A stretch of 64,000 bases of DNA from Candidatus Daviesbacteria bacterium. GTDB lineage: Bacteria > Patescibacteriota > Microgenomatia > Daviesbacterales > UBA10151. The first letter of the stretch is position 1. Each line of letters opens with the position of its first letter. Of the stretch, positions 28,940 through 40,275 are shown one piece after another. Made by a program: the position numbers and the translations under genes. The stretch is taken from the NCBI GenBank assembly GCA_028687915.1, contig JAQTZF010000001.1, positions 802,634 through 866,633 on the forward strand, read 5' to 3'. The notes below the pieces were generated by a model, which saw nothing but the letters and a program-made list of their open reading frames with translations, did not search any database and was not told the origin of the DNA.

Positions 28940-29395
28940 TTAATTAGCTTGCGTTGAGGAACAAACCACCTGTGGTGATACTGTAGTATCTTCTAATGAA
29001 GCACAAACTCTGATTTTGGCAGCACCAGCTGCGGGTACACCATTGCCCATAACAGCCCAACTTCCAGAACAACCACCTGTTGCCCAGGCTGTTGGATCAG
29101 TAGCAAAAGCTGCTCCGCTAGAAGCTGCTGTTGTTACACAGTAATTCTTACCTGTAACTGGATCAGTAGGTACCTTACCAGGAGTAAACAAAGTATCAAC
29201 TAACGCAGGGAATACGGCATTATCAGCTCCTTTTGCTACATCTAATGCTTTTGTTACTTCATGTACATCAGATCTTCTTTTTGCGTCTCTGCCTTTGCTT
29301 TGAACACTTGAGAAAACTGCCATACCAATTGTTGCAAGAATTGCTAAAATTGCGATAACTACCAGAAGTTCAATTAAGGTAAAACCTTTTTTCAT
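28940..29395 (-). CDS. Major type IVa pilin paralog 1 (151 aa)
   Basis: MKKGFTLIELLVVIAILAILATIG; C-terminal Cys pair. Confidence 0.7.
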   Translation of the reverse strand: MKKGFTLIELLVVIAILAILATIGMAVFSSVQSKGRDAKRRSDVHEVTKALDVAKGADNAVFPALVDTLFTPGKVPTDPVTGKNYCVTTAASSGAAFATDPTAWATGGCSGSWAVMGNGVPAAGAAKIRVCASLEDTTVSPQVVCSSTQAN

Positions 29396-29398
29396 GCT

Positions 29399-29884
29399 CT
29401 AATTAGCTTGCGTTGAGGAACAAACCACTTGTGGTGATGCTGTGGTATCTTCTAATGAAGCACAAACTCTGATTTTAGCAGCACCAGCTGCTGGTACACC
29501 ATTTGTCAAAAGTGCCCAACTTCCAGAACAACCACCTGTTGCCCAGGCTGTTGGATCAGTAGCAAAAGCTGCTCCGCTAGAAGCTGCTGTTGTTACACAG
29601 TAATTCTTACCTGTAACTGGATCAGTAGGTACCTTACCAGTTGTAAATTGTGTATCAAGTACTGCTGGAAATGTAGCATTATCAGCTCCTTTTGCTACAT
29701 CTAATGCTTTTGTTACTTCTGCAACATCTTGTCTTCTTTTAGCATCTCTGCCTTTGCTTTGAACACTTGAGAAAACTGCCATACCAATTGTTGCAAGAAT
29801 TGCTAAAATTGCGATAACTACCAGAAGTTCAATAAGTGTGAAACCTTGAGTATTTGTTGATGTCTTGGGCAGAACTTTTTTCAT
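29399..29884 (-). CDS. Major type IVa pilin paralog 2 (161 aa); tandem near-duplicate of 28940-29395
   Basis: Same N-terminus; long identical DNA tracts with paralog 1. Confidence 0.7.
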   Translation of the reverse strand: MKKVLPKTSTNTQGFTLIELLVVIAILAILATIGMAVFSSVQSKGRDAKRRQDVAEVTKALDVAKGADNATFPAVLDTQFTTGKVPTDPVTGKNYCVTTAASSGAAFATDPTAWATGGCSGSWALLTNGVPAAGAAKIRVCASLEDTTASPQVVCSSTQAN

Positions 29885-29932
29885 TTATTTTTCTTTATCT
29901 TTCTCATTATTGTCATAGGGCAATATACTCTG

Positions 29933-30862
29933 TCAATACCCCAGTTTGAAGCTATTTAAATACCAATTTAGAATTTGAGGACCCCAAAGCAGGGCAATAT
30001 AAGCCCCAAGACTTAAGAAAGGACCAAAGGGAATTGTTTGTCCAAAATGCTTTTTACCAAAACCCATAAGAATGACGGAGAAAACTGCTCCTATTAGAAA
30101 AGCCAGAAATAAACCAATGATGGCATTAGGAAAACCCAATGCAATTCCTAAAAATAAAACATATTTAACATCACCCCAACCCATCCCTCTTCCTTTGGTT
30201 ATTATTATAAGAAAAGCAAAGAATAAAGCAGAAACTATTCCTATAATAATAGAGAAAATCGCTGGTTCCCAAATTCTGTAAATTAAAGTCCAAAAATAAT
30301 TAGAGTATGGAGGCATCAAATACTTACCAAGAAAGTTAGATTTTAAACTTAAATAAAACAACCAGGAATTCAAGCCACAAGCCACTAACCAATACCCAAT
30401 AGCTATACCCACAGCAGGATAGGTAACCTTATCCGGCAATAATCCTGTTTTAATATCCGTCAGAAAGAGAATGAATAAAACTAAAACAATAAATATTTTA
30501 AATATAAAATTTAAAATAAGTGGTATTGATTGGACTGTAGGATTTAAAAGAATATTAAAATCAAAGGCTTGAGTTAAAAAAAGACCTGCAACTAAAAACC
30601 CCATCACTAATTCTGCAGCTAGATTGGTAAAAGGGATTGATTTACGACAATATCTACATTTACCAAGTAACATAATGTAGGAAAAAACAGGAAAGAGGTC
30701 GTACCATGCAAGTATATGTTTACACTTTACGCAATACGACCTTCCCCTCAAACTATCCTGCTTGTTTAGCCGATCGGCTACAGCTTTAGCAAAACTTCCT
30801 AAAATTGTACCTATCAAAAAGCCAAAAAAACTTAAACCAATCCACATAATTAATAAGTACAA
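29933..30862 (-). CDS. pilD: Prepilin peptidase / N-methyltransferase PilD (A24 family)
   Basis: CxxC…CxxC zinc site, GMGWGDVKYVLFLG catalytic motif, 8 TM. Confidence 0.8.
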   Translation of the reverse strand: MYLLIMWIGLSFFGFLIGTILGSFAKAVADRLNKQDSLRGRSYCVKCKHILAWYDLFPVFSYIMLLGKCRYCRKSIPFTNLAAELVMGFLVAGLFLTQAFDFNILLNPTVQSIPLILNFIFKIFIVLVLFILFLTDIKTGLLPDKVTYPAVGIAIGYWLVACGLNSWLFYLSLKSNFLGKYLMPPYSNYFWTLIYRIWEPAIFSIIIGIVSALFFAFLIIITKGRGMGWGDVKYVLFLGIALGFPNAIIGLFLAFLIGAVFSVILMGFGKKHFGQTIPFGPFLSLGAYIALLWGPQILNWYLNSFKLGY

Positions 30863-31404
30863 GCAAGCAACATATTAGAACCAACTTCATAAGACAAAGG
30901 ATCTGTTCCTCCGTCATTTGCTCTTCTGTCATTTGGAGCTGTTGTTTGTTGTTCAGATTCTAAATGTGTCATTATCTTCCAATGCGTTCCAGACCCACAA
31001 TATGTGTAATGTAAGGGTGTGGTATTTGTCGGATCTACTGGTAAGGTAGGCACTGTAACGTTTGATTGACCAGCAAAGTTAATGCTAACCCAACCTCCGC
31101 CATTAGTAAGCCTCTTAGTAGTATTTCCTGCTGGAATAATACTATTGTCTGTACAAGTTACGTCTGGAGTACCACTATTACATGCCGGACTTGCCTGACC
31201 TGCTGCTGTACCTTCCTGTAAAGCAACATTAATTGCTTGTTGGATGTTTGCCAAGTCAGTTAATCTGGAGGCATCCCTTGTTCTTCTTGTAAGTTCCAAT
31301 GGATTAATAATAAGTACTACGACCGCTGCTAAAATTGCAATAATTGCAATAACGACTAAAAGTTCTACAAGTGTAAAACCACGGGCAGTTTTTTTCAAAT
31401 TCAT
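30850..31404 (-). CDS. Type IV pilin (ARGFTLVELLVVIAIIAILAAVVV)
   Basis: Prepilin motif. Confidence 0.6.
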   Translation of the reverse strand: MNLKKTARGFTLVELLVVIAIIAILAAVVVLIINPLELTRRTRDASRLTDLANIQQAINVALQEGTAAGQASPACNSGTPDVTCTDNSIIPAGNTTKRLTNGGGWVSINFAGQSNVTVPTLPVDPTNTTPLHYTYCGSGTHWKIMTHLESEQQTTAPNDRRANDGGTDPLSYEVGSNMLLACTY

Positions 31405-31472
31405 TCACCTCCTTTCATCTACTTATTTAAGATTGTCACAGTTTTAAATTTTCGTCAAGTCTCTTTAAACTA

Positions 31473-32681
31473 CTATTTTATGTTTGTAGTTAACTGGTAA
31501 ATTGGTAAAATAATTGATACTACTAAAAAGCCTACCCCAATACCTAAAATCACTAAAACAACTGGTTCAATTAATGTTGTTATATTCTTTAATGAATTAT
31601 CTGATTCTGATTCAAAATAATCAGCTAATTTAAACATGATTTCATCTAACTTCCCAGTCTCCTCACCGGTTTTTATCATCTGTCCGATAATACGGGGGAA
31701 TTCTGGCAACCTAAGCACCTGGCTGGAGAAAGACAAACCTCTTTCAACTCCCTGATAAGCTAATATCAATCCATCTTGATAAACTCTGTTACCGGTAATT
31801 GCAGAAACAATTTTAATTGAGTCCAAAATCGAAAGGCCGGAAGAAACCAATAATCCAAAAGTCCTGGTAAAACTTGTTAAGATAACCAAAGAAGTAATTT
31901 TACCAATTGCCGGTGCTTTTAATAAAAACTCGTCAACCCGTAAGCGACCATCCTGGGTTTGTGAATACCTTCTAAATGATACTAAAGCTACTACAATTAC
32001 TACTAATATTAACCACCAATAACCTAACATAAAATTTGAAAAACCCATTAAAATCTTTGTTGGCAGCGGTAATTCTATATTTGAGTCACCATATAAACTT
32101 AAAAGCTTTGGCATCACAAAAAATACCATAATTAGCATGACCCCAACCATCATTGTTACCACGACGATTGGATAAATCATGGCACCTCTGATTTTTCCCT
32201 TAAACTCCCTTTCTTTTTCTAAATTATTAGCCAGCTGAAGTAATATAATATCTAACTTTCCTGATGCCTGACCTGCAGCAACCAACTGACCATATATCGC
32301 AGGAAAAACATCCGGATGTTTTTGCAATGCTGCTGCAAAATCCAAACCACCTTTAATATCTGCCAATATATCTATTAATACTTTTTTAAATTTCTTATTT
32401 TCCTGTTGGTCTTGCAAAATATCCAAAGCCTCAGATAAAACAAGACCAGCTTGTACCATAGTTGCCAGCTGTCTTGTCATAACAACTACCACACTAAAAG
32501 GTATTCTGTTAAAGTATTTATCAAATAAATTTTCCTGATTTTTATTCTTCTCTTTTATGGAAATAATAATCAGTCTTTTGCGACGCAAAAGCGTGGCTGC
32601 CTGAAACTGATCAACAGTCTCAACTTCACCTTTGTGATATTCTCCATTCATATCCTTGGTTGTGTAAGAAAATATAGGCAT
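31473..32681 (-). CDS. pilC: Type IV pilus platform protein PilC (GspF family)
   Basis: GspF-type duplicated domain architecture with TM segments. Confidence 0.8.
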   Translation of the reverse strand: MPIFSYTTKDMNGEYHKGEVETVDQFQAATLLRRKRLIIISIKEKNKNQENLFDKYFNRIPFSVVVVMTRQLATMVQAGLVLSEALDILQDQQENKKFKKVLIDILADIKGGLDFAAALQKHPDVFPAIYGQLVAAGQASGKLDIILLQLANNLEKEREFKGKIRGAMIYPIVVVTMMVGVMLIMVFFVMPKLLSLYGDSNIELPLPTKILMGFSNFMLGYWWLILVVIVVALVSFRRYSQTQDGRLRVDEFLLKAPAIGKITSLVILTSFTRTFGLLVSSGLSILDSIKIVSAITGNRVYQDGLILAYQGVERGLSFSSQVLRLPEFPRIIGQMIKTGEETGKLDEIMFKLADYFESESDNSLKNITTLIEPVVLVILGIGVGFLVVSIILPIYQLTTNIK

Positions 32682-32685
32682 AATA

Positions 32686-33738
32686 TTACCCTAAGATTTT
32701 GGCTAACAAATCTGGCCGCAGGCTATAAGCCTGACCCATTTCAAGAGAGATTTTTCCTTCCCGAACTAATTTAGCAAGAGAAGCTTCCATTGAAACCATT
32801 CCTAATTCACCGGAGGTTTGAATTAAGTTATCAATCATGTGAGTTTTTGCATCTCTGATTAATGAAGAAAGAGCATTAGTTTTAAGCAGTAGCTCAACTG
32901 CCAAAGCCCTGCCAGGAACAATTGTTGGGATTAGTCTTTGTGAAATAATTGCTTCAAGTACTGCTGCCAGCTGCAGCCTGATCTGTGGTTGTTGATTTTG
33001 GGGAAAAACATCAATCATTCTGTCAATGGATTGCGCAGCAGAATTAGTGTGTAGCGTAGCAAAAACCAAATGACCTGTTTCAGCTATAGTTATTGCAGCA
33101 GCAATGGTTTCATAATCACGCATTTCTCCAACTAAAACCACATCAGGATCTTCCCGAAGAGCAGATCTCAAAGCATTAGGCCAGGTTTTAGTATCCAAAA
33201 GAAGTTCTCTTTGCGTCACGATAGACTTTCCCTTGGGATAAATATATTCGATTGGATCTTCTATAGTTAATATATTTGCGTTGTGTTTTAAATTAATTTG
33301 ATTAATCATGGAAGCTAAAGTGGTAGATTTACCATGCCCGGTTGGACCAGTAATTAAAATAAAGCCCTGGCGGGGAACAATCAATTTATTAGCTACTTCA
33401 GGCAAACCCAAAGTAGACATCTCCGGAATCTGAAGAGGAATTAGCCTTAAAGCAGCTGCTAAATGCCCCTGTTCTTTAAATAAATTAATTCTAAATCTGG
33501 CTTTATCTTCAAATGAAAAACCAAAATCAAGTTCAAAATTTTCATCAAAAGCTTTTTTTTGAACAACAGATAAAAGTGGAGTGACTAAACCAAGTATGTC
33601 AGCATCAAGAAGGGGGGTAGTACCAGTAATTGGCAATAACTCTCCATTTAAACGAAGTGAGGGAGGATATCCGACCACTAAATGTAAATCTGATGCTTTC
33701 CTGGCAACTGCAATGTCTAATAATTGATGTATATTCAT
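32686..33738 (-). CDS. pilT: Twitching-motility / retraction ATPase PilT
   Basis: Walker A GPTGHGKSTT; PilT-length GspE-family ATPase. Confidence 0.8.
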   Translation of the reverse strand: MNIHQLLDIAVARKASDLHLVVGYPPSLRLNGELLPITGTTPLLDADILGLVTPLLSVVQKKAFDENFELDFGFSFEDKARFRINLFKEQGHLAAALRLIPLQIPEMSTLGLPEVANKLIVPRQGFILITGPTGHGKSTTLASMINQINLKHNANILTIEDPIEYIYPKGKSIVTQRELLLDTKTWPNALRSALREDPDVVLVGEMRDYETIAAAITIAETGHLVFATLHTNSAAQSIDRMIDVFPQNQQPQIRLQLAAVLEAIISQRLIPTIVPGRALAVELLLKTNALSSLIRDAKTHMIDNLIQTSGELGMVSMEASLAKLVREGKISLEMGQAYSLRPDLLAKILG

Positions 33739-35442
33739 TTATTCCTCTGCAACCCTCAAAACCTCCTCTAAACTGGTAGTTCCTTCTAAAGCTTTCATAT
33801 AACCATCTTGTTTCAAAGTAATCATTCCTTCTTTTATAGATTCTTCTTCAATAGCCTGAGACGAGGCTCTTTCCAGTACCATTGGCATAATTTTAGAGGA
33901 AACAACTAATACTTCATAAATACCTATTCTTCCCTGATAACCTGTTCCACCACATTCTGCACAACCTGTTCCTTTATAAAGTATGATTGGTTTTTCTTTT
34001 GGATAGAGATTTCCCAATACTCTTCTAAAATTTTCAGCAATCTCAGGCACAGGAGTATAAGTACTCTTGCAATGAGTACAAAGTTTTCTTAATATCCTTT
34101 GTCCAACACAAGCGTTGATAGAGGAAGCCAAAAGAAATGGCTCAATACCCATATCTAAAAGTCGGGGAAGCGCACCGGCAGCAGTATTTGTATGAAGTGT
34201 AGAAAAGACCTGATGCCCTGTTAAAGCAGCCTGAACAGCTAACTCTGCTGTCTCTGTGTCACGAACCTCTCCTACTAACATAATATTAGGATCTTGTCGT
34301 AAAAATGAACGCAAAGCAGAAGCAAAAGTTAAACCTATTGCCGGATTAACCTGAACCTGATTTGCTCCGGGAATTTGATACTCAACCGGATCTTCTACTG
34401 TAACCATATTTACTTTTGTGGTTGATAATCTGGTTAGAACAGAATATAAAGTTGTTGTTTTACCACTACCCGTTGGTCCGCAAATTAAAACAATACCATG
34501 TGGCCTAAGTATTTGTGTTTCAAAATTCTTTAATGCAATGCCACGAAGACCAAGTTCTTGCAAAGTAGGGGGGACAGTAGTTTTTGGCAATAACCTCATA
34601 ACCACTTTCTCACCATAGATTGTAGGAACTGTTGAAACACGAAGGTCATAAATATCCTTCCCAGCACTGTAACTAAAACGTCCATCCTGAGGTAAACGTT
34701 TTTCCTCAATTTTTAGATTTGACAGGATTTTAATTCGTGAGACAAGAGCATCATGCACAGTTCTTGGTAAAATAATCTTTTCATGCAAGATACCATCAAT
34801 ACGATAACGAACCCTGGTCCGATCATCCAGTGGTTCTATATGAATATCAGAAGCTCTGGATGAAACAGCAAACTGAAGAAGTTGGGTAATAATATTTGCC
34901 ACCGGAGCTTCATGAATAACTTCAGCTTTCTCTTCAACAGCTGTTTCCGTAGCCTGAAGTTCACTTACTTCCTTTAAAGCAGAAGTTACCTCAGAAGTTA
35001 AATTTTGAGAATACTGGTCTCCAATAGCCTTCATAATATCTTCCGGAACAGCCAGATAAGGCTTTACATACAGAGCGGATTTTTTCTCAATAAACTGAAT
35101 TACCTGTAAATCCAGAGGGTCAGCCATAGCAACAAATAATTTATCGCCCTTTTTATCAAATGGAATAATTCGATAGCGCCTGGCAACTACTTCAGGTACG
35201 AAATTTAATACTTCTGAAGAGACGGCTTTTCCTTCCAGATTAATAAAAGGCACACCCATCAAAGATGCTCGGGCAGCAGTCATTTTTGCAGGAGCTACGA
35301 GCTGATGTTGGGTAATTACCTGTTCTGTAGAGGAACCACTGTTAATGGATTCTAGTTTAACTGCAGATAGTTGTTGAGCTGTAAGTAAGCCTTGTTTAAA
35401 TAAAACATCTTCAATGCCAAATTGTTCTTGGGCAGTAGCCAT
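33739..35442 (-). CDS. pilB: Type IV pilus assembly ATPase PilB (GspE family)
   Basis: Walker A GPTGSGKTTT, tetracysteine motif CTHCK…CAECGGTG, N1/N2 domains. Confidence 0.85.
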   Translation of the reverse strand: MATAQEQFGIEDVLFKQGLLTAQQLSAVKLESINSGSSTEQVITQHQLVAPAKMTAARASLMGVPFINLEGKAVSSEVLNFVPEVVARRYRIIPFDKKGDKLFVAMADPLDLQVIQFIEKKSALYVKPYLAVPEDIMKAIGDQYSQNLTSEVTSALKEVSELQATETAVEEKAEVIHEAPVANIITQLLQFAVSSRASDIHIEPLDDRTRVRYRIDGILHEKIILPRTVHDALVSRIKILSNLKIEEKRLPQDGRFSYSAGKDIYDLRVSTVPTIYGEKVVMRLLPKTTVPPTLQELGLRGIALKNFETQILRPHGIVLICGPTGSGKTTTLYSVLTRLSTTKVNMVTVEDPVEYQIPGANQVQVNPAIGLTFASALRSFLRQDPNIMLVGEVRDTETAELAVQAALTGHQVFSTLHTNTAAGALPRLLDMGIEPFLLASSINACVGQRILRKLCTHCKSTYTPVPEIAENFRRVLGNLYPKEKPIILYKGTGCAECGGTGYQGRIGIYEVLVVSSKIMPMVLERASSQAIEEESIKEGMITLKQDGYMKALEGTTSLEEVLRVAEE

Positions 35443-35451
35443 AAAATATAT

Positions 35452-35469
35452 GTCCGAAATATTTCGGAC
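35452..35469. promoter_or_regulatory. 18-bp perfect palindrome GTCCGAAATATTTCGGAC 10 nt upstream of the pilB ATG (operator and/or 5'UTR hairpin)
   Basis: Perfect dyad in the 60-bp divergent pilB | holB' intergenic region; a TTGACA -35 box for pilB lies upstream on the minus strand. Confidence 0.4.
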
Positions 35470-35508
35470 CCCTCATATCTATTATTGCTTGAGTGACTAG
35501 AGGTGTCA

Positions 35509-36171
35509 ATGATATATAATCTGTTCATGATTCCAACATTATTAATTCATCCTGAGCCAGCTGAGCGTGAACAACATACCCTTAAAATAATAACCAGCCT
35601 TGGATTTCATGCAAACCATCCAGATTTAATGTGGTTTGGACCGGATGAAAAATTAGGGGTAGAACAAACTAAAAAGATTAAAAATTTTCTTAAGCTTAAG
35701 CCGTATCAGGCAAAAGGCCAAATGATTGTAATCATTGCTGCTGAAAACCTAACAACAGATGCCCAAAATGTATTACTTAAAACCCTGGAGGAACACGAAG
35801 ACCAGGTTAATTTGATGTTAGGTGCAGCCAGTGAAGAGCAACTCTTACCAACATTACTTTCCAGATGTCAGATAAAAAGTTTATCTATTAATCCCACACC
35901 TGAAATAGAAACAAAATATCAAAAGGATATTGATAAACTTTTAAGTTCTGCCACTGAAGAAAGATTTCAATTTATCGAAAAAATAAAGGATAGAGAAGAA
36001 CTTTTACCAGCTTTATTAATCTATTCAAGACAAAAACTATTAGAAAATCCATCCTCAGAAATATGGATAGATTTTTTAAAAGCACTTATGGAGGCAGAAA
36101 AATGGGCTACAAACAATGTTAATCTTAGAGCAATTTTAGAATATTTGATGTTAAAACTACCTGAAAATTAG
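35509..36171 (+). CDS. holB: DNA polymerase III delta'-like clamp-loader subunit (AAA+ lacking Walker A)
   Basis: NVLLKTLEE…LLPTLLSRCQ sensor motifs; AGAGGTG SD 4 nt upstream of the ATG. Confidence 0.55.
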   Translation: MIYNLFMIPTLLIHPEPAEREQHTLKIITSLGFHANHPDLMWFGPDEKLGVEQTKKIKNFLKLKPYQAKGQMIVIIAAENLTTDAQNVLLKTLEEHEDQVNLMLGAASEEQLLPTLLSRCQIKSLSINPTPEIETKYQKDIDKLLSSATEERFQFIEKIKDREELLPALLIYSRQKLLENPSSEIWIDFLKALMEAEKWATNNVNLRAILEYLMLKLPEN

Positions 36172-36229
36172 ATTAGCTTAAAATGTTATTGTTTAGATTG
36201 CTGCAATAAGCTAATCTAGCTATACATAT

Positions 36230-36258
36230 TTGCATAAATCATGTTTTCCTGCTAATAT
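36230..36258 (+). promoter_or_regulatory. gyrB promoter TTGCAT-17-TAATAT, with the -10 box ending 8 nt before the ATG (leaderless)
   Basis: Hexamers with 17-nt spacing; no SD. Confidence 0.4.
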
Positions 36259-36260
36259 GA

Positions 36261-38222
<1,962 letters not shown>

Positions 38223-38230
38223 ACCACACC

Positions 38231-38998
38231 ATGGATAAATCTGATCCACAAAATTTAGCTGCCATCGTACTTGCCGGAGGTAAGGGAACCCGAATGCAGG
38301 CAACCTTACCCAAAGTTCTTCACCACATAGCTGATCAACCAATGATTTTTTACACCCTGGAAACCATTAATAAATTAGGGTTATCACAAGTTTATGTAGT
38401 AGTAGGTCATCAATCTAAAGAAGTTAGAAAAAGAATTTCTTCTAAATTTAAATGTAAATTTGCTTATCAACCAAAACCACTGGGAACAGGACATGCTGTT
38501 GAATGTGCTTTGGAAAAAATAGGAGATAATACTTCTACTATTATTGTTTTAAACGGTGATGATTCCGCTTTCTATAAAATTTCTACTTTACAAAAACTTT
38601 TAACATCTCATTTTGAAAGCAACTGTCCAGTTAGTATGATGACACTAAATATAAACCGAAATAGACGCTTGGGTCGAATTATCCGGGATGAACAGGGGAA
38701 TTTTGAAAAAATAGTTGAAGCAGAAAAAGACCCTGCAAATGGAATTAACAGCGATGAAATTAACTGTGGTTTATATGTATTTAATGTTAAATGGTTAAAA
38801 GAAAATATTGATAATATAAAATTAAGTGACAGAGGAGAATATTATCTAACAGATATTTTTAATCTTGCTAAGACAAATAATATTTGCATAAATTTATTTA
38901 ACCTCAAAAGCAAAGATGAGTGGGTTGGAGTTAATACACCTGATGAATTAAGCTTAGCTAATGAGAAAATGAAAAAGAAATTAACTAAGGGTAAATGA
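38231..38998 (+). CDS. Sugar-1-phosphate nucleotidyltransferase (GlmU N-terminal-like, no LbH domain)
   Basis: AAIVLAGGKGTRM nucleotide-binding motif. Confidence 0.6.
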   Translation: MDKSDPQNLAAIVLAGGKGTRMQATLPKVLHHIADQPMIFYTLETINKLGLSQVYVVVGHQSKEVRKRISSKFKCKFAYQPKPLGTGHAVECALEKIGDNTSTIIVLNGDDSAFYKISTLQKLLTSHFESNCPVSMMTLNINRNRRLGRIIRDEQGNFEKIVEAEKDPANGINSDEINCGLYVFNVKWLKENIDNIKLSDRGEYYLTDIFNLAKTNNICINLFNLKSKDEWVGVNTPDELSLANEKMKKKLTKGK

Positions 38999-40275
38999 AA
39001 AAAATACACTTTTTAGGCATTGGAGGGAGCGGGGCTTCTGCCATTGCTAAAATTGCCGAAGCACAAGGGTACGAAGTAACAGGCTGTGATCTTTACCCTA
39101 ATAATGAATTTACTATTGTTTTTCAAAAAGACCAGATTTTTGAGGGTCATTCTCCAAACCACCTTAAAAATGTTGATATTTTAGCTGTTACTCCTGCCAT
39201 TTATTCTTTAGACCCAAACAATATAGAACTTCAAGAAGCCAAAGAAAAAAATATTGAAATATTAACCTGGCAGGAATTTATGGGTAAATATTTACAAAAA
39301 GAAAAACAAGTAATCGCTGTTTGTGGCACCCATGGAAAATCAACCACTACTGCTATGATAGGTTTACTACTGGAAGATGTTGGTCTTGATCCAACAGTAC
39401 AACTTGGTGCAATCATTCCACAATGGGGACATAATTACCGAATTGGAAACAGTAAATATTTTGTAACAGAGGCTGACGAATTTAATGATAACTTTTTATC
39501 AACACATCCAAACATTACTGTTGTAACTACTGTGGAAATGGATCATCCGGAATATTTTAAAGACTTTGAAGCTTATAAAAAATCTTTTACTAATTTTTTA
39601 AACCAAACAAAAGATAAAATTATTGCTAATTTGCAAGATAAAGGAGTGGTAGATATATTGTCTTCAGACTCAAGTTTAAAAGATAAAACAATAGACTACT
39701 CAAAAGAAATCATAGATTTTGAATTAAAGATTCCAGGAGAACATAATAAATTAAATGCTTCTGCAGCATTTCAGGTTGGTCTTAACTTAGGAATTAAACC
39801 GGAAATTATCCAAAAAAGTTTAGAAAATTTTACCGGAATTGGGCGCAGATTTGAATACTTGGGAAACTTTCAGGGATCTGAAGTCTATAGTGATTTTGGT
39901 CATCATCCAACAGAACTTAAAGTAACATTAGAAGCAGCTATTTCAAAATTTCCTGATAAAAAAATTACAGTAATTTTTCAACCACACATGTTCTCACGAA
40001 CTCTTGCCTTATTTAATGATTTTGTTAATGTATTAAAAAATCTGGCTGTTGATAAAATCTTTATTATGGATATTTATAAATCACGGGAATTAGACAAAGG
40101 TTTAGTTAATAGTAAACAACTAGTTGAAGCAATTAATAAGGAAAATGTTTTTTATACTGGTAGTGAAAAAGATATACTTAATAAAATTGAATCAATGAAT
40201 AAAGATAATCAAATCATATTTTTTATTGGAGCAGGGGATATACATGACTTAGCAAAAAAATTAGTTACAAATTAG
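38995..40275 (+). CDS. murC: UDP-N-acetylmuramate--L-alanine ligase
   Basis: GIGGSGASAIA…; VCGTHGKSTTTAMIG P-loop; Mur ligase domains; ATGA overlap with upstream gene. Confidence 0.75.
   Translation: MKKIHFLGIGGSGASAIAKIAEAQGYEVTGCDLYPNNEFTIVFQKDQIFEGHSPNHLKNVDILAVTPAIYSLDPNNIELQEAKEKNIEILTWQEFMGKYLQKEKQVIAVCGTHGKSTTTAMIGLLLEDVGLDPTVQLGAIIPQWGHNYRIGNSKYFVTEADEFNDNFLSTHPNITVVTTVEMDHPEYFKDFEAYKKSFTNFLNQTKDKIIANLQDKGVVDILSSDSSLKDKTIDYSKEIIDFELKIPGEHNKLNASAAFQVGLNLGIKPEIIQKSLENFTGIGRRFEYLGNFQGSEVYSDFGHHPTELKVTLEAAISKFPDKKITVIFQPHMFSRTLALFNDFVNVLKNLAVDKIFIMDIYKSRELDKGLVNSKQLVEAINKENVFYTGSEKDILNKIESMNKDNQIIFFIGAGDIHDLAKKLVTN

Noticed and set aside
35443-35502. Chromosomal origin at the pilB | holB'-gyrB divergent junction
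   Set aside because: This is a strand switch upstream of gyrB and gyrA, but the region is only 60 bp, with no DnaA boxes, no AT-rich DUE and no dnaA or dnaN.
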